Source: Dicyema japonicum (Eukaryota > Animalia > Dicyemida). Taken from it: DNA of 64,000 nucleotides. Positions 24,782 through 36,989 of the stretch are shown piece by piece. Position 1 is the stretch's first letter. Every line of letters begins with the position of its first letter. The notes beneath the pieces are model-generated. The model was not told where the DNA came from, ran no database searches, and saw only the letters and a list, made by a program, of their open reading frames with translations. Made by a program: the position numbers and the translations under genes. The stretch lies in the NCBI GenBank assembly GCA_011109175.1, contig RDEW01000012.1, positions 138,525 through 202,524 on the forward strand, in the 5' to 3' direction.

Positions 24782-24878
24782 AAGTGCACTGTTTCATAGA
24801 TTGTGAATATCCAGAAAGTGCACTGTTTCACAGATTGTGAATATCCAGAAAAGTGTACTGTTTCACGGATTGTGAATA
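24782..24878. repeat. 34-35-bp tandem repeat, 3 copies
   Basis: AAGTG(C/T)ACTGTTTCA..GATTGTGAATA(TCCAGA) units abut without unique spacers. Confidence 0.9.
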
Positions 24879-25364
24879 ACAAAAATATGTCCAAAATTTG
24901 TATTAATACTGGAGCAATTAAATGCATGGAACAGTTGCAATATCTTGGTGTTTGTCTGAACTCGAAGGGTTCCGTTATAAATTACATCAAGAAAAAAAGG
25001 AAAAAAGCTACCGCAATGTTGAAATCGCTTCTACGATTTCAAATGAGTCCTGAAACTGTTATCTATGTTTATACAGCTTGTATAGAACCATTCTTGATTT
25101 ATGGTTTTGAGAGAAATATTCTAGTAGAGTTTCTCGATAGATCGAGGAGAAATGCTATTAAACTGGCATATGGACTTGATTTAAAATCTAAATTACCACC
25201 TAATTGTGAAAGACGCGCAAGATCTCTTGAAAAAATATTGCACCACTTGAAAAAATAATTCTTGTTTGGTGCAAGGGGTCAATAATTCGAATAAGTGACA
25301 TATGGTGTCTCGTTATACCCATCAACAAGGACAAACTCATTAACTTCTTTTTGTTTAATTAGTT

Positions 25365-27070
25365 TTTATTTATTAACCCCGGGATCACCGAGAAAAAAAG
25401 ATAAAAGAATTGTAAACTAGTTAGGTGATCCCAGTTCCCGCAACCAAACGTGCCATCCGAAGCCTGTGCGTCTCCATTGTTCCCACTGTCGAACGGAAAT
25501 GCCTTCTTTGATCCTTGCAGAGGAAACCGATTGGGGACGGAAATTTCTTAGCCAACCGATTTTCTAGAACAGTGAGAGGCTTAGTGGGTGTCCATTTTTT
25601 TGCAAATGCGGAGAAAACCGGAACCACATCTAAGAGTTGTAGATTCCGTCAGCAGGAGAGGTATTTTTGTTCCACATTGTGGTCACAGCATACGATTGTT
25701 TTCTTTTGCAGTAAGTTTAGTTTTTGGATGGTGGCTTCTGATAACGGGAATCTCCACTCAGCAGAGGCATATTCCACGGCCTGCGCGATTGTCTGGCGGA
25801 ATATGATTCCGATTGCTTTATTCATATTTACTGGGGTCTTCAGGATAAGGGTCCGTGTGATATTCATTTCTGCAGTCCTTTGATGAAGACTTGTTTGGCA
25901 TGGTAGGTAAAATTAAGCAGCTTGTCGTATGCCACTCCCAGGATTGAGGGGTTTCTTGTGACAGGTATCCGAGTATGTCCGATGAGATTTCTGGTTCTTT
26001 TTGGACCGACGGTCGGAGGTGAATAGAGTGCATGTTAATTTTGGAGCCGATACCGAGAGACGGTTAGCTATCAACCAATCGTGGATACAATCCACTTTCT
26101 TCTGTGCGAGTGAGATGTTGAACTGCTTCTTGTTGTAATGATGATATCGTAGCATAAGAAAGCAGTAGGAAGTCAATGTCTGCTGGCAGGTCGTGGAGGA
26201 AAAGGTTGAATAGAGTGGGGGACAAAGACGAACCTTGGGGCACTCCGTTTGGTAGTAAACGTGATCGTGATCTGAGGTGACCACAGATGACCCTCCCACG
26301 TCTTCCAGATAAAAAATTGGCCAACCATAGCTTCAAGTTAGGGCGAATTTTTGAATCAAAGATTTTTCCAATTAAATGTTTCCTCGGTACCGAGTCAAAC
26401 GCCTTGTTGATGTTGTTCGCATGTGTTTTTGGTAGTGTTGAAACCATCCGCAATGAACTGCGAAAGCGTTGATAATAAAGTCATGGTTGATCTTCCAGAA
26501 CAGAATCCGTGTTGGAAATTCGGTTGAGTTAGGGAAGGAGTAATTTCAGATAGGATAAACTTTTCCAACACTTTTGATATAGTAGAAGTCAATGAGATTG
26601 GTCTGTATGAACTGGGATCCCCTTTTGGTTTTCCGGTCTTATGAATCGGAATGATGAGCGAATTCTTCTATATTTGAGGGATAATGTTCCAGTTAAAGGA
26701 CAGGTTAAAAATTTCCGTTAGATAGCTTGTGAATTGAAGATACTTTGTCCGGGCCACAGGCCCGTGAGTTCTTTAATCCGTCGATAACCTGTGAGACCTG
26801 CTTGTCTTAAATAATTCTTGGTAAGGTTCATTTTTCAGTTTACGGGCACGTACTTTGATATCTAGTTGTTTAGATAATTTCTTGAAGCTGATGTATTATA
26901 AGTAGATTAGGGCGTATATGACAAATATGTTCTGGAAAAGGGTTACAGGTTCCATTCGTATCCAACTCTGATTTAATTTGTTTTAGTGTTTTCCAAAATT
27001 GATGAAATGAATTTTTCCCGTTGAAACTACCAGGTGACGCCACCTCTGATCCTGATGGTCTTTTATGCTC
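25365..27070 (-). mobile_element. Ingi/Vingi-like LINE with tail
   Basis: IPIHKTGKPKGDPSSYRPISL, FQHGF, NKAFDSV, PNGVPQGSSLSPTLFNLFLHDLP, VEYASAEW; perfect GGGATCACC/GGTGATCCC tail stem. No RNase H seen. Confidence 0.85.
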
Positions 27071-27134
27071 TGGTTGATACTTTTATTTAGTTGTCTTTTA
27101 GATATCCTTAAGAATTTATTTTAGATATCCTTAA

Positions 27135-27250
27135 TTACTGCCAAAAACAAAGTATCTCACTCTTATGGAGAAAATTTAATAAAACCTGCCGCATTGACAA
27201 TGGCAAGAATATTGCTCGATAAAGATGCCGTACAAAAAATTGAAACTGTA
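27135..27250 (+). mobile_element. hAT (Buster/ZBED5-like) transposase fragment
   Basis: TAKNKVSHSYGENLIKPAALTMARILLDKDAVQKI resembles AKxKKPHTIGExLIxPAA. Confidence 0.6.
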
Positions 27251-27339
27251 TAGAATCTGATTCATTTGAAACCTGGAAACAAGGAAAGACTCTATCCGCC
27301 AACAGATAAGCTTGGAAGAGATTGGTATACATTGCCCAT

Positions 27340-28860
27340 AAAAATGAACGGATGCTTTTACAATTCTTACGAGACCAGGCGAAGAAGTTGAACTATTGCT
27401 TGAGGAAAGTAAGGATCCTGAGGCTCATAAAATCAAAGAAAAACGTTTGGTCACAATCGTAGAATTCCTCAATCGAAGTTATAAAGATCCATCTCGACAT
27501 ACTTAAAGAGTTCCAGGAGAAACCTTTACTCGAAAAATATGAAAGGAAGCAATTGCATGGAACTTTTTTCGAGTATTTGGATTATGTCGTCGTCAGGGAA
27601 TCATCTCAGTGGTTATCGCATGGAACAAACACTGCCTATAGTAAAAGGGTTACTTAGTAAACTCCGTGTTTACAAATAGAAACTCAAAGATTTGAGTTAT
27701 ATGGAGCAATAATGGTGTATAAGAGGAAACTATATACACACGAAAGTCTGTGTAAGAGAAGGAAGGCAAATAATCACATTTTCAGGATTTAGTAAAGAAA
27801 GCATCTTGGAACTAATTAAACATCTCCAGGACTGGAGAGTTAGCGTATGTGATGTGGTGTACAACTTGTTCCTCAAAAATTTCACATCGATTCATGATCA
27901 CCGTTGTGAAGAAATCTCGAAGTTAATACTCTGAACTATACTCCAGATGAGTGGTTCTACATTGTAATCACATATCTTATCCCGAAGAAATACGTGTGCC
28001 ATGCCCAAAGGACTTAAGACCAATTTATACAAATTGGTTACAAAGTGTGTGAACAGATAATTATCGGACTCAGTGACAGTCAAGTGGGAACACGAAGGAT
28101 ATGCAAAGGGTTAAGGAGCAGGCACTATTAAACAAATGCATCAACCAGCAGAACTGGAAAAATTTGCCACTGCGTGGATAGACCTTCGATTCGGTGGATC
28201 ATGACTTTTTTGTATCTGGTACTCGATAACTCTGGATTCCCTTAATGAATTGTGACCTTTGTAAAGAACTTGGTCACGAGGTGGAAAATTAAATTAAATT
28301 TCAGCCGGAAACAAATTGGGGAATTCAGAGTGAAAGGAGGAATTCTGCAGGGTGACTCAATATTACCGCAAATATTAGTACTCATAATGGACTTACTGAG
28401 TAGGGTTTTAAATGTGAAATACCCAAAAGTGGTTATGGATAACCCAGACAAATGCTCTATTTCATACGCAACAAATCACTTACTGTTTATGGATGACTTC
28501 AAACTATTTTCACAAAAGAAATAAACTATGAAAAAGGTGATGAACCAAGTGAATACTTTCTTCCAAGCTGCTGGACTTGAGAGAAATGCGGAGAAATTGG
28601 CTACAAATGTGCACAATCTTAGTTCTGAATCAAAATTTTTTGATGGAATGATGTATACCTCGGGGTTCTGGAAAATAAAGATAGCAAAGTCTTGAATGAA
28701 GAAATACTAAACTCAGTCTTTGACGGAGCTAAAAAAAGGAGCAGCAACCTGGGGAAGTCAAAATTAAAGTCAGTGAACTTGTTTAAAGCTATAAACGAAT
28801 ATGCCCTATCGTTGTATAGCTATTACATCGGACTAATTGACATCGAACCAACTGATTGAA
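27340..28860 (+). mobile_element. R4/Dong-like LINE pieces (C-terminal block placed before RT block)
   Basis: KQLHGTFF..SQWLSHG at 27540-27630, then PKDLRPI, GILQGDSI, NHLLFMDDFKLF, KSVNLFKAINEYALS at 27830-28860. Confidence 0.8.
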
Positions 28861-28901
28861 CTGATTGACAAAAAGCACAGAACTGATTGACAAAAGCACA
28901 G
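28850..28901. repeat. 21-22-bp tandem duplication at the LINE break point
   Basis: AACTGATTG plus AACTGATTGACAAAA(A)GCACAG twice. Confidence 0.9.
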
Positions 28902-29094
28902 TCCGCGAATCCTAATGAATACTTATACATTTGCTCTAAACATTTCAGTAAATATCCATTTATAACCATAATTTGAATCATTAAATTTTTAAACATCTAT
29001 AATGTCTTTTTGGAATCGTTAATTATGTCTTTTAGCAATCAATTTAATTATCTACTTTAAATAGGAATAGAAAACTTGCAAATTGGGCACTATG

Positions 29095-29335
29095 ACAATT
29101 TTTCCGACAAAGTACACGGTCCTACACAATGATTTTTTGTTTGTTTCACTCGCCGTTGAAATGTGGCACCTGGGACGCTGGAATTCTTGTGTTGTCTAGG
29201 GAATCGGATTTCTCACTATCAGGAGATCCCCGTGAGCGCTGCTGGTTATTTGAGCGAATCTCACATGCCACCTTGAGAGAGAATGGCCATGCAGTCAGGG
29301 CGGTCGCTATATGACCATTTGCTCACTATTCCGTA
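29095..29335 (+). mobile_element. CRE-like LINE 3' end
   Basis: KYTVLHNDFLFVSLAVE and SGDPRERCWLFERISHATLRENG. Confidence 0.75.
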
Positions 29336-29419
29336 ATAAATTGTTCAGTTTCCGTTTTATTGTAAAATAGGAGTGTATACATTCTTGTTGCAGTTTACAA
29401 ATTTCCGAATTTATTTATT

Positions 29420-31545
29420 TAGAACCAAGTATCACTGACAAAACAAAGGAGAGTAGGGGCCGTCAGGTGATCCCAGCCTCATTGAGCAGCCGCCTCGTCT
29501 TTTCTCGGTGTCCCCCGAGTGCCGACACACATCCGGTGTAGACTAATGACTTTTTGGCGGTTTAGAAGTTTTGGCAGAGCTCCCGTACTCCTCACGAGTT
29601 CCTCGAACGGAATTGGTTTTAATATCGAGAAGGAGGATTTTTGTAGGGTCTTTGTTACTGTCTCTTGGAAATTTATTTTCTTTAGGTTGGTGTGAGATAT
29701 GTTAGTACCCCATGCCGCGCAGCAGTAGCTGATTGATGGAAGTACATATTGGTAGTAGAGATGACCTACTGTTGGGTGGAACCATCTCTTGTAGAATCCA
29801 AGTAGCGTTTGTACAAAATTTAATTTTTGATGGGAAGTGGAGATTATGTTGCTCACTTATTTGCTAAAGGTCATTAGTAGGTCATATGTGACTCCCAGTG
29901 TTTTGGTTGAATTTGTGGAGGGGATTGTTATCCCATTTAGAGTCAATGAAGGCGCCGAGTTAGTCAATCTTCTATTGGAAGTAAAGATCATAGAGCACAA
30001 CTTTTCAGGACTTTTGTGTAGTTGGTTCCTCGTAAGCCAACACTTCAGGTTGTCCAGTAAATATTGTAAACGGGTACCCGCTGTGTGGATGCACTGTGGG
30101 AAGGCATGTCGCTTATAAGTAGGTTGAAGAGAATGGGTGAGAGAGGATTCTTGCAAAACCCCGTTTGGTAAAAATTTAATGACTGAAAATATGGAATGGG
30201 AAATTACTCTTCCTATTCGTCCGTTGAGGAAGTTTGCAAGCCAAATTTTCATGTTGTTTGGAATGCTCGAACCCTAAATTTTTTTAGTGAGCAGTTTCTT
30301 CGGTATCAAGTCAAAAGCCTTCTGTATGTTAATGGATCATATAATGGTCTTTTGATGCCGTTGAAGGCCTTCCTTGGTTAATTTTATCAAGCAAGTAAGG
30401 TTGGTATTTGTGGAACGAGCCTTCTTAATTTCATGTTGAAAGGATACGTCTGGGAGATAGGTTTAATCTGATCGAGAATGAGTTTATCCAGGATTTTGGA
30501 GGTGGCATACAGGAAGGATATTGATCTGTACGAAGCTGGTGAGTCCTTCGGCCGTCCAGGTTTTAAGATGGGCCGAATATGGGATAATTTCCATAGGGTG
30601 GGAATCGAATTCCTACTGATGGAGATGTTGTAAATTCTGGTCAAGGCCAAGATGGTGTAGGAGCCTATCTTCTTAAGTATAATAGAAGGAACTCCATCAG
30701 GACCACTTGCGTAAGACGATTTTTGAATAGCTTTCAGCACGACGTCCTTTGAAAGGCTGTTCGAGGTTGCCTCGCGTTTTGGTTTTATTGAAGATGTGGG
30801 AGAACCCTCAATTTTCTGGTCTGGGATGAAGCTCACGGAGGAGTAAACTTTTATAATCTTGTTTTAAAAAGTTCTTTTCTCTAGGTCTTCGCACGGAGGC
30901 GGTCTCACAGAATTGGTAAAGCCCCAAGAGTATTGCACATCCTTATGAGTAAGGACTGTGTTTAGGGTCTACATAAAGTTATTCCAGTTTCCTTCCTGCT
31001 TCATTTTAGCCTTCTATCTGATATCTCTTTCCAAGGCTCGGATCCTCATCCTGGTTTCCCAAGATTGATTCTGTAAGCTTTTTAGGCAATTTCTTTCCTT
31101 CTTAAGTGAATCTGATACGCGATAACGCTTCTTCGTGAAGTGGATTGGCTTTCTTTTGATAAAAGTCTTCATGCCTTCAAGCAATACATCATTGAAGTAG
31201 AGTAAAGGGTTATCGATGGAGTTTAAGTTGTTAGGGTCAAAACCATACAAGTTATAGTCGACAAAGTGTGAGAACAAACTCCAATTGACATTTTTGTAGT
31301 CTGTTCGACAAGTTTTCCTTTTGACAATCTTCCTTTGAATATGATGATGGGGTTATTGTCACTGGTTGTGTAGTGATTAGGGCGGCAATTTTTGGGGAAG
31401 CAAGTGTCAGGTCGGAGGAAGACGTTCTGTCGTTTGCTCGGTAAGTGATTCTTATATTGAATATGGGATTGTTTAATATCAAAAATTCCCGAATGACTAT
31501 TTCGATGAATTGAATCTGCAATAGTTTGCATTTTGGACTAAGCAT
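29420..31545 (-). mobile_element. Ingi/Vingi-like LINE (endonuclease end to tail)
   Basis: SSDLTLASP, IRPILKPGRPKDSPASYRSISF, KIWLANFLNGR, LYYQYVLPSISYCCAAW; tail ATCACTGAC..GTCAGGTGAT. Confidence 0.85.
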
Positions 31546-31849
31546 ATTAGTAGCATTAAAAAGATAAACATTTTAGAGAGCAAATGCTGAATATTCAAGT
31601 ATAACTATAAAAATATTAAGTATGTCCCATACGAGTACACATGATAACACCACATAAAGCATAACAATTGACAGCCAACAAACATGATTGATTGACAGGT
31701 GAAATGTAACCACCATGGGACGCGACAAATTACAGAATACACAGACTTCTATTGCTCTTCAGGACATTGAACATATTACACTGCTATTATCCGTGAATCT
31801 AAGGATGGTCAGTGAGTCTGGAGTATTTGTTAGTTACGAAACGAGGAAC

Positions 31850-32320
31850 TTAAATTGGCCCACTATCGAATGCTCATTCCAGAGTTAATGTTAGAACATA
31901 CTGAGCCCAAGAATCCTCGACCTGTAGACCGTTTTAAAAGTTGGAATGAGAGTAAGTGGAACTCTCCACTACGAATGCTAAATGAACACAATCCTCAATT
32001 CTGGAAGGTATACAAAAGAGTGAGGAGTCCAGAGTCAATCGCAAACAAGATTGTGCTCAATAGACCAGATGGCTCCTACTATGCTGAAAAAGAGGTACCT
32101 CTACTTTTTAAGGCACAACATAAAAAGATATTTGAAGTGGACGATGATGTCATCGCTGAGAAACCTTATTATGAACCAGTGACGGAGCAAACGACTTTAC
32201 ATAGATCTCTCTTGAAAATGGCCATAAGAGATGTAAAGAATAAAGGCGATAATTACATCAAATATGACCCAGAAATTATAATAAAAATTTTCAAAAGCAT
32301 GTTCACGCAAATATAAAGAT
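31850..32320 (+). mobile_element. Probable LINE ORF2 linker (between endonuclease and RT)
   Basis: 153-aa intronless ORF with FWKVYKRVR..L.RPDG typical of that linker; no catalytic motif. Confidence 0.4.
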
Positions 32321-32399
32321 TTGCCATATTTCACACGAGTGGAAGAAAACGATTGAACAAAGACAAGAAAACCAATAAAGAATCCAGCTACCGAAATCG

Positions 32400-32830
32400 G
32401 ACGGAAAGATTATGGATTTAAAGGATCTTTTAATATTATCACTGATTAAAATAGGTTTCCATGATTCATAGCAGACACGTGATTCCAAGCAGACACACTT
32501 GACCCAGCTATCAGGGTGTCGTGCATTCGCATAAGGATGCGCTAACTTAGTTGGACTTCTGCACACAGTCCACGGCCGAATTTATCACGGGGTAAATATA
32601 GTCTCTCCTTATTGGCTGCCAGCATATGGACATTGTTCTCTCTGAGTAGTCCACGGATCATAGCATCCATCTCATCATACTTTTTGGGCTCAAACTCCAC
32701 GACACCTATGAAGTAGTATAGCAGCGAGACAGCATACTCATTTAATGCTAGGAACAAATTCCTTGCATTTAGAGACGTCTTACATAATAACGATGCTCTT
32801 CTACGAATCTTACTAACTCGCTACATACTT
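32400..32830 (-). mobile_element. R4-like LINE C-terminal fragment
   Basis: LNARNLFLALNEYAVSLLYYFIG, ANKERLYLPRDKFGRGL. Confidence 0.75.
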
Positions 32831-32989
32831 GCGTGTTAGTCGCAGACTTTGAATAATTCAAATCTAGTCCTATACTCTCAAACAATTCCCTGGCACAGGC
32901 CAGGTTGGAGTAGAGCTCCACATGTTCGAGCATACATCATTTTTTGTTATTTTTTAATTAAAAGCTTTATTAAATAATACAAACAAATC

Positions 32990-33200
32990 GGACTCTATCT
33001 GCCATGAAATAGTAACATTTCCCCGTACGATGGTGATTCCAAGGCGCTGAGAAAATCATAACTGTTTAAGTGAGTCTTTGAGTCGCATCCCAATTGCATT
33101 CTTAATTTTATTGATGAGTACTTTACCAATTTTTTCAAACATCTCTAAAAGTTTCGAAAGCGATTGGGATGATAAGGAGGCTATTTCCGAGGCCTGAGTA
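32990..33200 (-). mobile_element. CRE-like LINE 3' end
   Basis: IPIAFETF and QRLGITIVRGN. Confidence 0.6.
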
Positions 33201-33608
33201 CTTCAATTTCATCAGTTATCAAAATCTGTATTTGAGCTTTCAGAATAAACAGAAAATGGAAAACGTAAAGTGGTGAATGAGTTGACGCACATCTTGTGAA
33301 ATGGGGAAATAGTCACACGCGAGATCTTCCGCGTGAAACTAAAAAACTTCGTATCACTTTTGATGATTTTGTTGTGAGAACCTCCAAGTGCATCCTCTTT
33401 TATATTCATGATGAATCCCCTTCATGGAATCATAGTCCTACTGATCTGAGGCTCTTATTGTCAAAAAACTTTACGACGCCCCCAAGTTAGTAAAGGTTTA
33501 GCAAAAATGACTGTTCTAAATGCACACTGCCCTCGAATAAGATAATTTGTGTATACAATCTGGCCACAATAACCAATCTAAAAAACCGTAATCTTATTGA
33601 AGTACATT

Positions 33609-33735
33609 TAACAATTTGCAAGACTACTACAACGACCATATTTCGATAACGCTCCACACCAACAATATAACAATTTGCAAGACTACTACAACGACTATAT
33701 TACGATAACGCTCCACACCAACAATATAACAATTT
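33609..33735. repeat. 59-bp tandem duplication
   Basis: TAACAATTTGCAAGACTACTACAACGAC..CTCCACACCAACAATA twice, plus the start of a third unit. Confidence 0.9.
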
Positions 33736-34089
33736 AATCATTTTTAAATATCATCAAATCACTCTTTAGTCTTTGTTTTGTCCTGAGGGAAGCAAGATTA
33801 GTTTACTCTATTTTTTAAAACATGACAGTCGCTGTGTCAACTTAGCCTTCAATTCTGGAGTCTTGTTAATTTCCTCGTATTTATCAAGATCGATGGTTAG
33901 TTTATAATGCCTCTTAAGTTGTACTCTTTTGTGTGGCAATGCCGTTCAAACAAACAATGTATCTTTGCATTAACCATTCTACAAAATTTCTTTAGTTCAC
34001 AAATACTCGATTTCTCCTTTAATTTCCTTTTCTTAGCTGAAGATGTAAATGGGGTCAGTTTACTCAATGCTTTATAAATATAACAACCG

Positions 34090-35160
34090 ATTCCAAAAGA
34101 TACAATTTAGAAGATTTCCTGGAGCATGTCCTTGTACAACTGGACAACAAGAACGCCTTCAATATTCTAAGAAGAGACAATATCCTGGAGGCGTGTATGG
34201 AGAGATGCCATAATATTTTCGAATTTGTGAATCAGTTATACAACCTACCTTCATCCTTACTCTTCGGGGACTGCCTAATCCCTTCCTATTCTGGAGTGCA
34301 ACAAGGAGATCGATTTTGACCTCCTGTTGTTCTGTCTTGAAATCGAGGGAATCACCAAACTTCCACGTTCGCCCCTCAACTTATGGTATCTGGATGATGC
34401 GATCCACGGGGGACACCCAGGTACTGATTTCCAGGATTTAAAGGTGATAATTCCAGCACTTTTAGAAGCTGGACTGGAATTAAATTACATTAAATGAGAA
34501 ATAACATAAAACAAAAAATAATGTTATACGACACCTTTATCAAACCAATCCTCCTATACAACTCTGGGACCTGAAGCACCTCAAAAGAGGAATTGAAGAG
34601 AAGAGACTCGTTTCACAAGAATCATTTAAGAAACAAAACTGGAATGTTCTGACCATCCAAAATCTCGCGGAAAGGAATGTACAATAAGTGTGACTGTACA
34701 CAATTAAGTCTCGAGATTATTAGCTCTCGTTAGAGATTTTTTGGACACGTCCTGAGGTTGGACCCGATATCCCCACGAATATCGCAATGGAAGATTACTA
34801 CTCCTCCAATGTAAAACGCTTTCGTGGAAGACCGAGAACAACCCTCCCGGTCGTTTTAAAAGCAATTGTTACTCGGAGAGACTATGGACCGCTTGTGTTT
34901 ATTGACGTGCAAACGTCAGTACTCCTCCTGAAAAAACAGTCTCAACGTACAGAGGCTTCCATATGTCCTGAGGAATGCTCCCTATTTCACCCAGTGTGAG
35001 AACTAGCACATATTTACGGGATCTTACGTTCGAAAGCAGAGCGTATCTTCAAAGTCCGGTTCGAGGATTACTCATGGAAGCAAGCCACACTGCCGGTGAT
35101 ACTCGGAGGGCTTGGGATTCGTAACTCTGTAGACTTTTCTCTTCCTGAATATCTCTCTAA
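34090..35160 (+). mobile_element. CRE-like RT fragment interrupted by an RTE 3' fragment (about 34560-34900)
   Basis: FNILRRD, SGVQQGD, LWYLDDA; then GHVLRLDP..FRGRPRTTLP (RTE); then WKQATLPVILGGLGIR (CRE). Confidence 0.75.
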
Positions 35161-35419
35161 AGCAAATATGCTTTTTAAATTTTAGCCAACCTAATCAATT
35201 TTTTATTTTTTTATTTCATCCCTTAAAAATGGGATTTTTCCACTTTTTAACGAAAATCTCTCTCTGAATGGGTTTCCTAGCTTGTTGCACATACGTAGGA
35301 AGTCCTGGCCATTTCTCATCGTCGCCTCCTCTGAAAGGAGACTGGGGACGGATGTGGAGTCAGATTGTATATGCCTCATGATCTTCATACGCTCCATCCT
35401 CATAAAGGAATAGCGAATC

Positions 35420-35715
35420 TCCGAGCAGAACAGGCATATTCAATCGTCGGCGCAATAACTTGGAGATATACTTTGCTGATACAAGAGGTAGGAGGGGATC
35501 TTCTTTATGATGGCTTTTAGGACGTTCCATTTTCAAAGATCCTTGGTTATCAATTTTATGTGTGACTGGCGAACGTCATAAGAGAGTCGAAAGTTACTCC
35601 AAGGATTCGCGTATAAGGGGCAAATATGAGGTCTCTGTTAGAATGCATCGGGATCTCGTGATAATTAGTTTGGTTTTACAGTGGTCTTGGGTTAAATATA
35701 TAAAATAAAAATAAA
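35420..35715 (+). mobile_element. 3' end of the 5200/8320 LINE family
   Basis: GGGCAAATATGAGGTCTCTGTTAGAA..GTGATAATTAGTTTGGTTTTACAGTGGTCTTGGGTTAA matches the reverse complement of 8320-8390. Confidence 0.7.
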
Positions 35716-35787
35716 AAATTAGTTTTTATCTATTTTGGAGTGGATCAGTTGCTCAAATAGTAAGGGCAGAAAAAATATACATTACAT

Positions 35788-36488
35788 CAGGGGTGTCAAA
35801 CATGCAGCCTCATGCGCAACAGTAATGTTTAGTGGAGTTCGTTAAATATAACAGTACCGTGCAGCCCGATTTGATGGCTATAAAACAAAATGAATTTTTC
35901 CATATATAAAGAACAACTGGATTTGTTGTTAAAGGAATTTCACAAAAGATTTAATGATTTCTCGTCTTTTGAACAAGAATTCATTATTCACAGCACCATT
36001 CGCTTTTAATGCTTCCAATGCAGATAAAAGTTTACAAATGGAATTGTTGGAGATCCAATCGGATTCTATACTAAAGGCTAAGTATTTGGAGGTTGGAATA
36101 CCTGCTTTCTTTTCACATCTTCCTGAAAAATTTAAAAACTTTGAAAATTTTGCTACGAAAATAATTGCTATGTTTGGTTCGACATATGTGTGTGAACAAT
36201 TTATGAAATTAACAAAAACTGTTCAAAGAACAAGACTCACTGATGAAAATTTATCGGCTTTAATAAAAGTCGGGACTACACGAATAGTTGAGCCCGACAT
36301 ATCAAAAATTGTATCCGAAAAAAGATGTCAATCCTCCGGAAGTTGCTCTAAGCACGATTAGAAGATGGTGATTACATATTTAGTTTTCCCTTATTTTTGG
36401 TTTTTCATTAAAATAAATAAATAATCTTTCCTTGATGAAAAATTATTATAAATGCGGCCCTCGAAGCTAAATGAGTTTGACATTCCTG
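35788..36488 (+). mobile_element. Internally deleted hAT (Charlie/GTF2IRD2-like) element, 701 bp
   Basis: TIRs CAGGGGTGTCAAAC / GTTTGACATTCCTG; perfect 8-bp TSD CATTACAT; ORF 35954-36361 has the hAT C-terminal FGSTYVCEQ..RTRLTDENL. Confidence 0.92.
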
Positions 36489-36989
36489 CATTACATAAAG
36501 CATATTAATCGATGAAATATTTCGATTTTGTGAAGGATCCAACGGAAATAAAGAAAATATTTTACGCAGAGACAAGAAAATAATGAAATTCAAAATATAA
36601 CATCAACTAACTATTACAATTTAAACAGATATCATGTAACGAAATGTTGTTTTGAGAGGGCATAAAAAAGTTGGAAGTTTAATGAGAAAAAAAAAAAATT
36701 TCAAGACACTAATGTGAAAAACTATATGATTATAAGCTATAACAAATAGTTGACATTTTTTCAATAATGGGAGAAAAGACGTATGTTCCAGTATAGGACG
36801 AAAGCTTCTTTCAAAGAAATGCTATCCTCGCGAATGATCAAAATGGCGATGACCTTTGCAATTTTGACCTTTTAACTAAAAATCTTTACCTGTTTTTTTT
36901 TAAATTAAAAAAATAAATAAACGTGTTGTGTGGTGTGATCAACGAAAATCTCAGATGGAAAATAAAGAACGAAAAGAAGACGAAGCCAG

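Larger units (their letters stand above)
23060..25260 (+). mobile_element. LINE RT split by the Ginger-like insertion
   Basis: LDISKAFD at 23125-23150 resumes as IWHAGL at 24444; later YADDILL, QYLGV, LAYGLDLKSKLPPN. Confidence 0.8.

Noticed and set aside
24782-24878. CRISPR array (also considered for 15286 and 33609)
   Set aside because: Units abut with no unique spacers, only 2-3 copies, inside eukaryotic TE debris, no cas genes.
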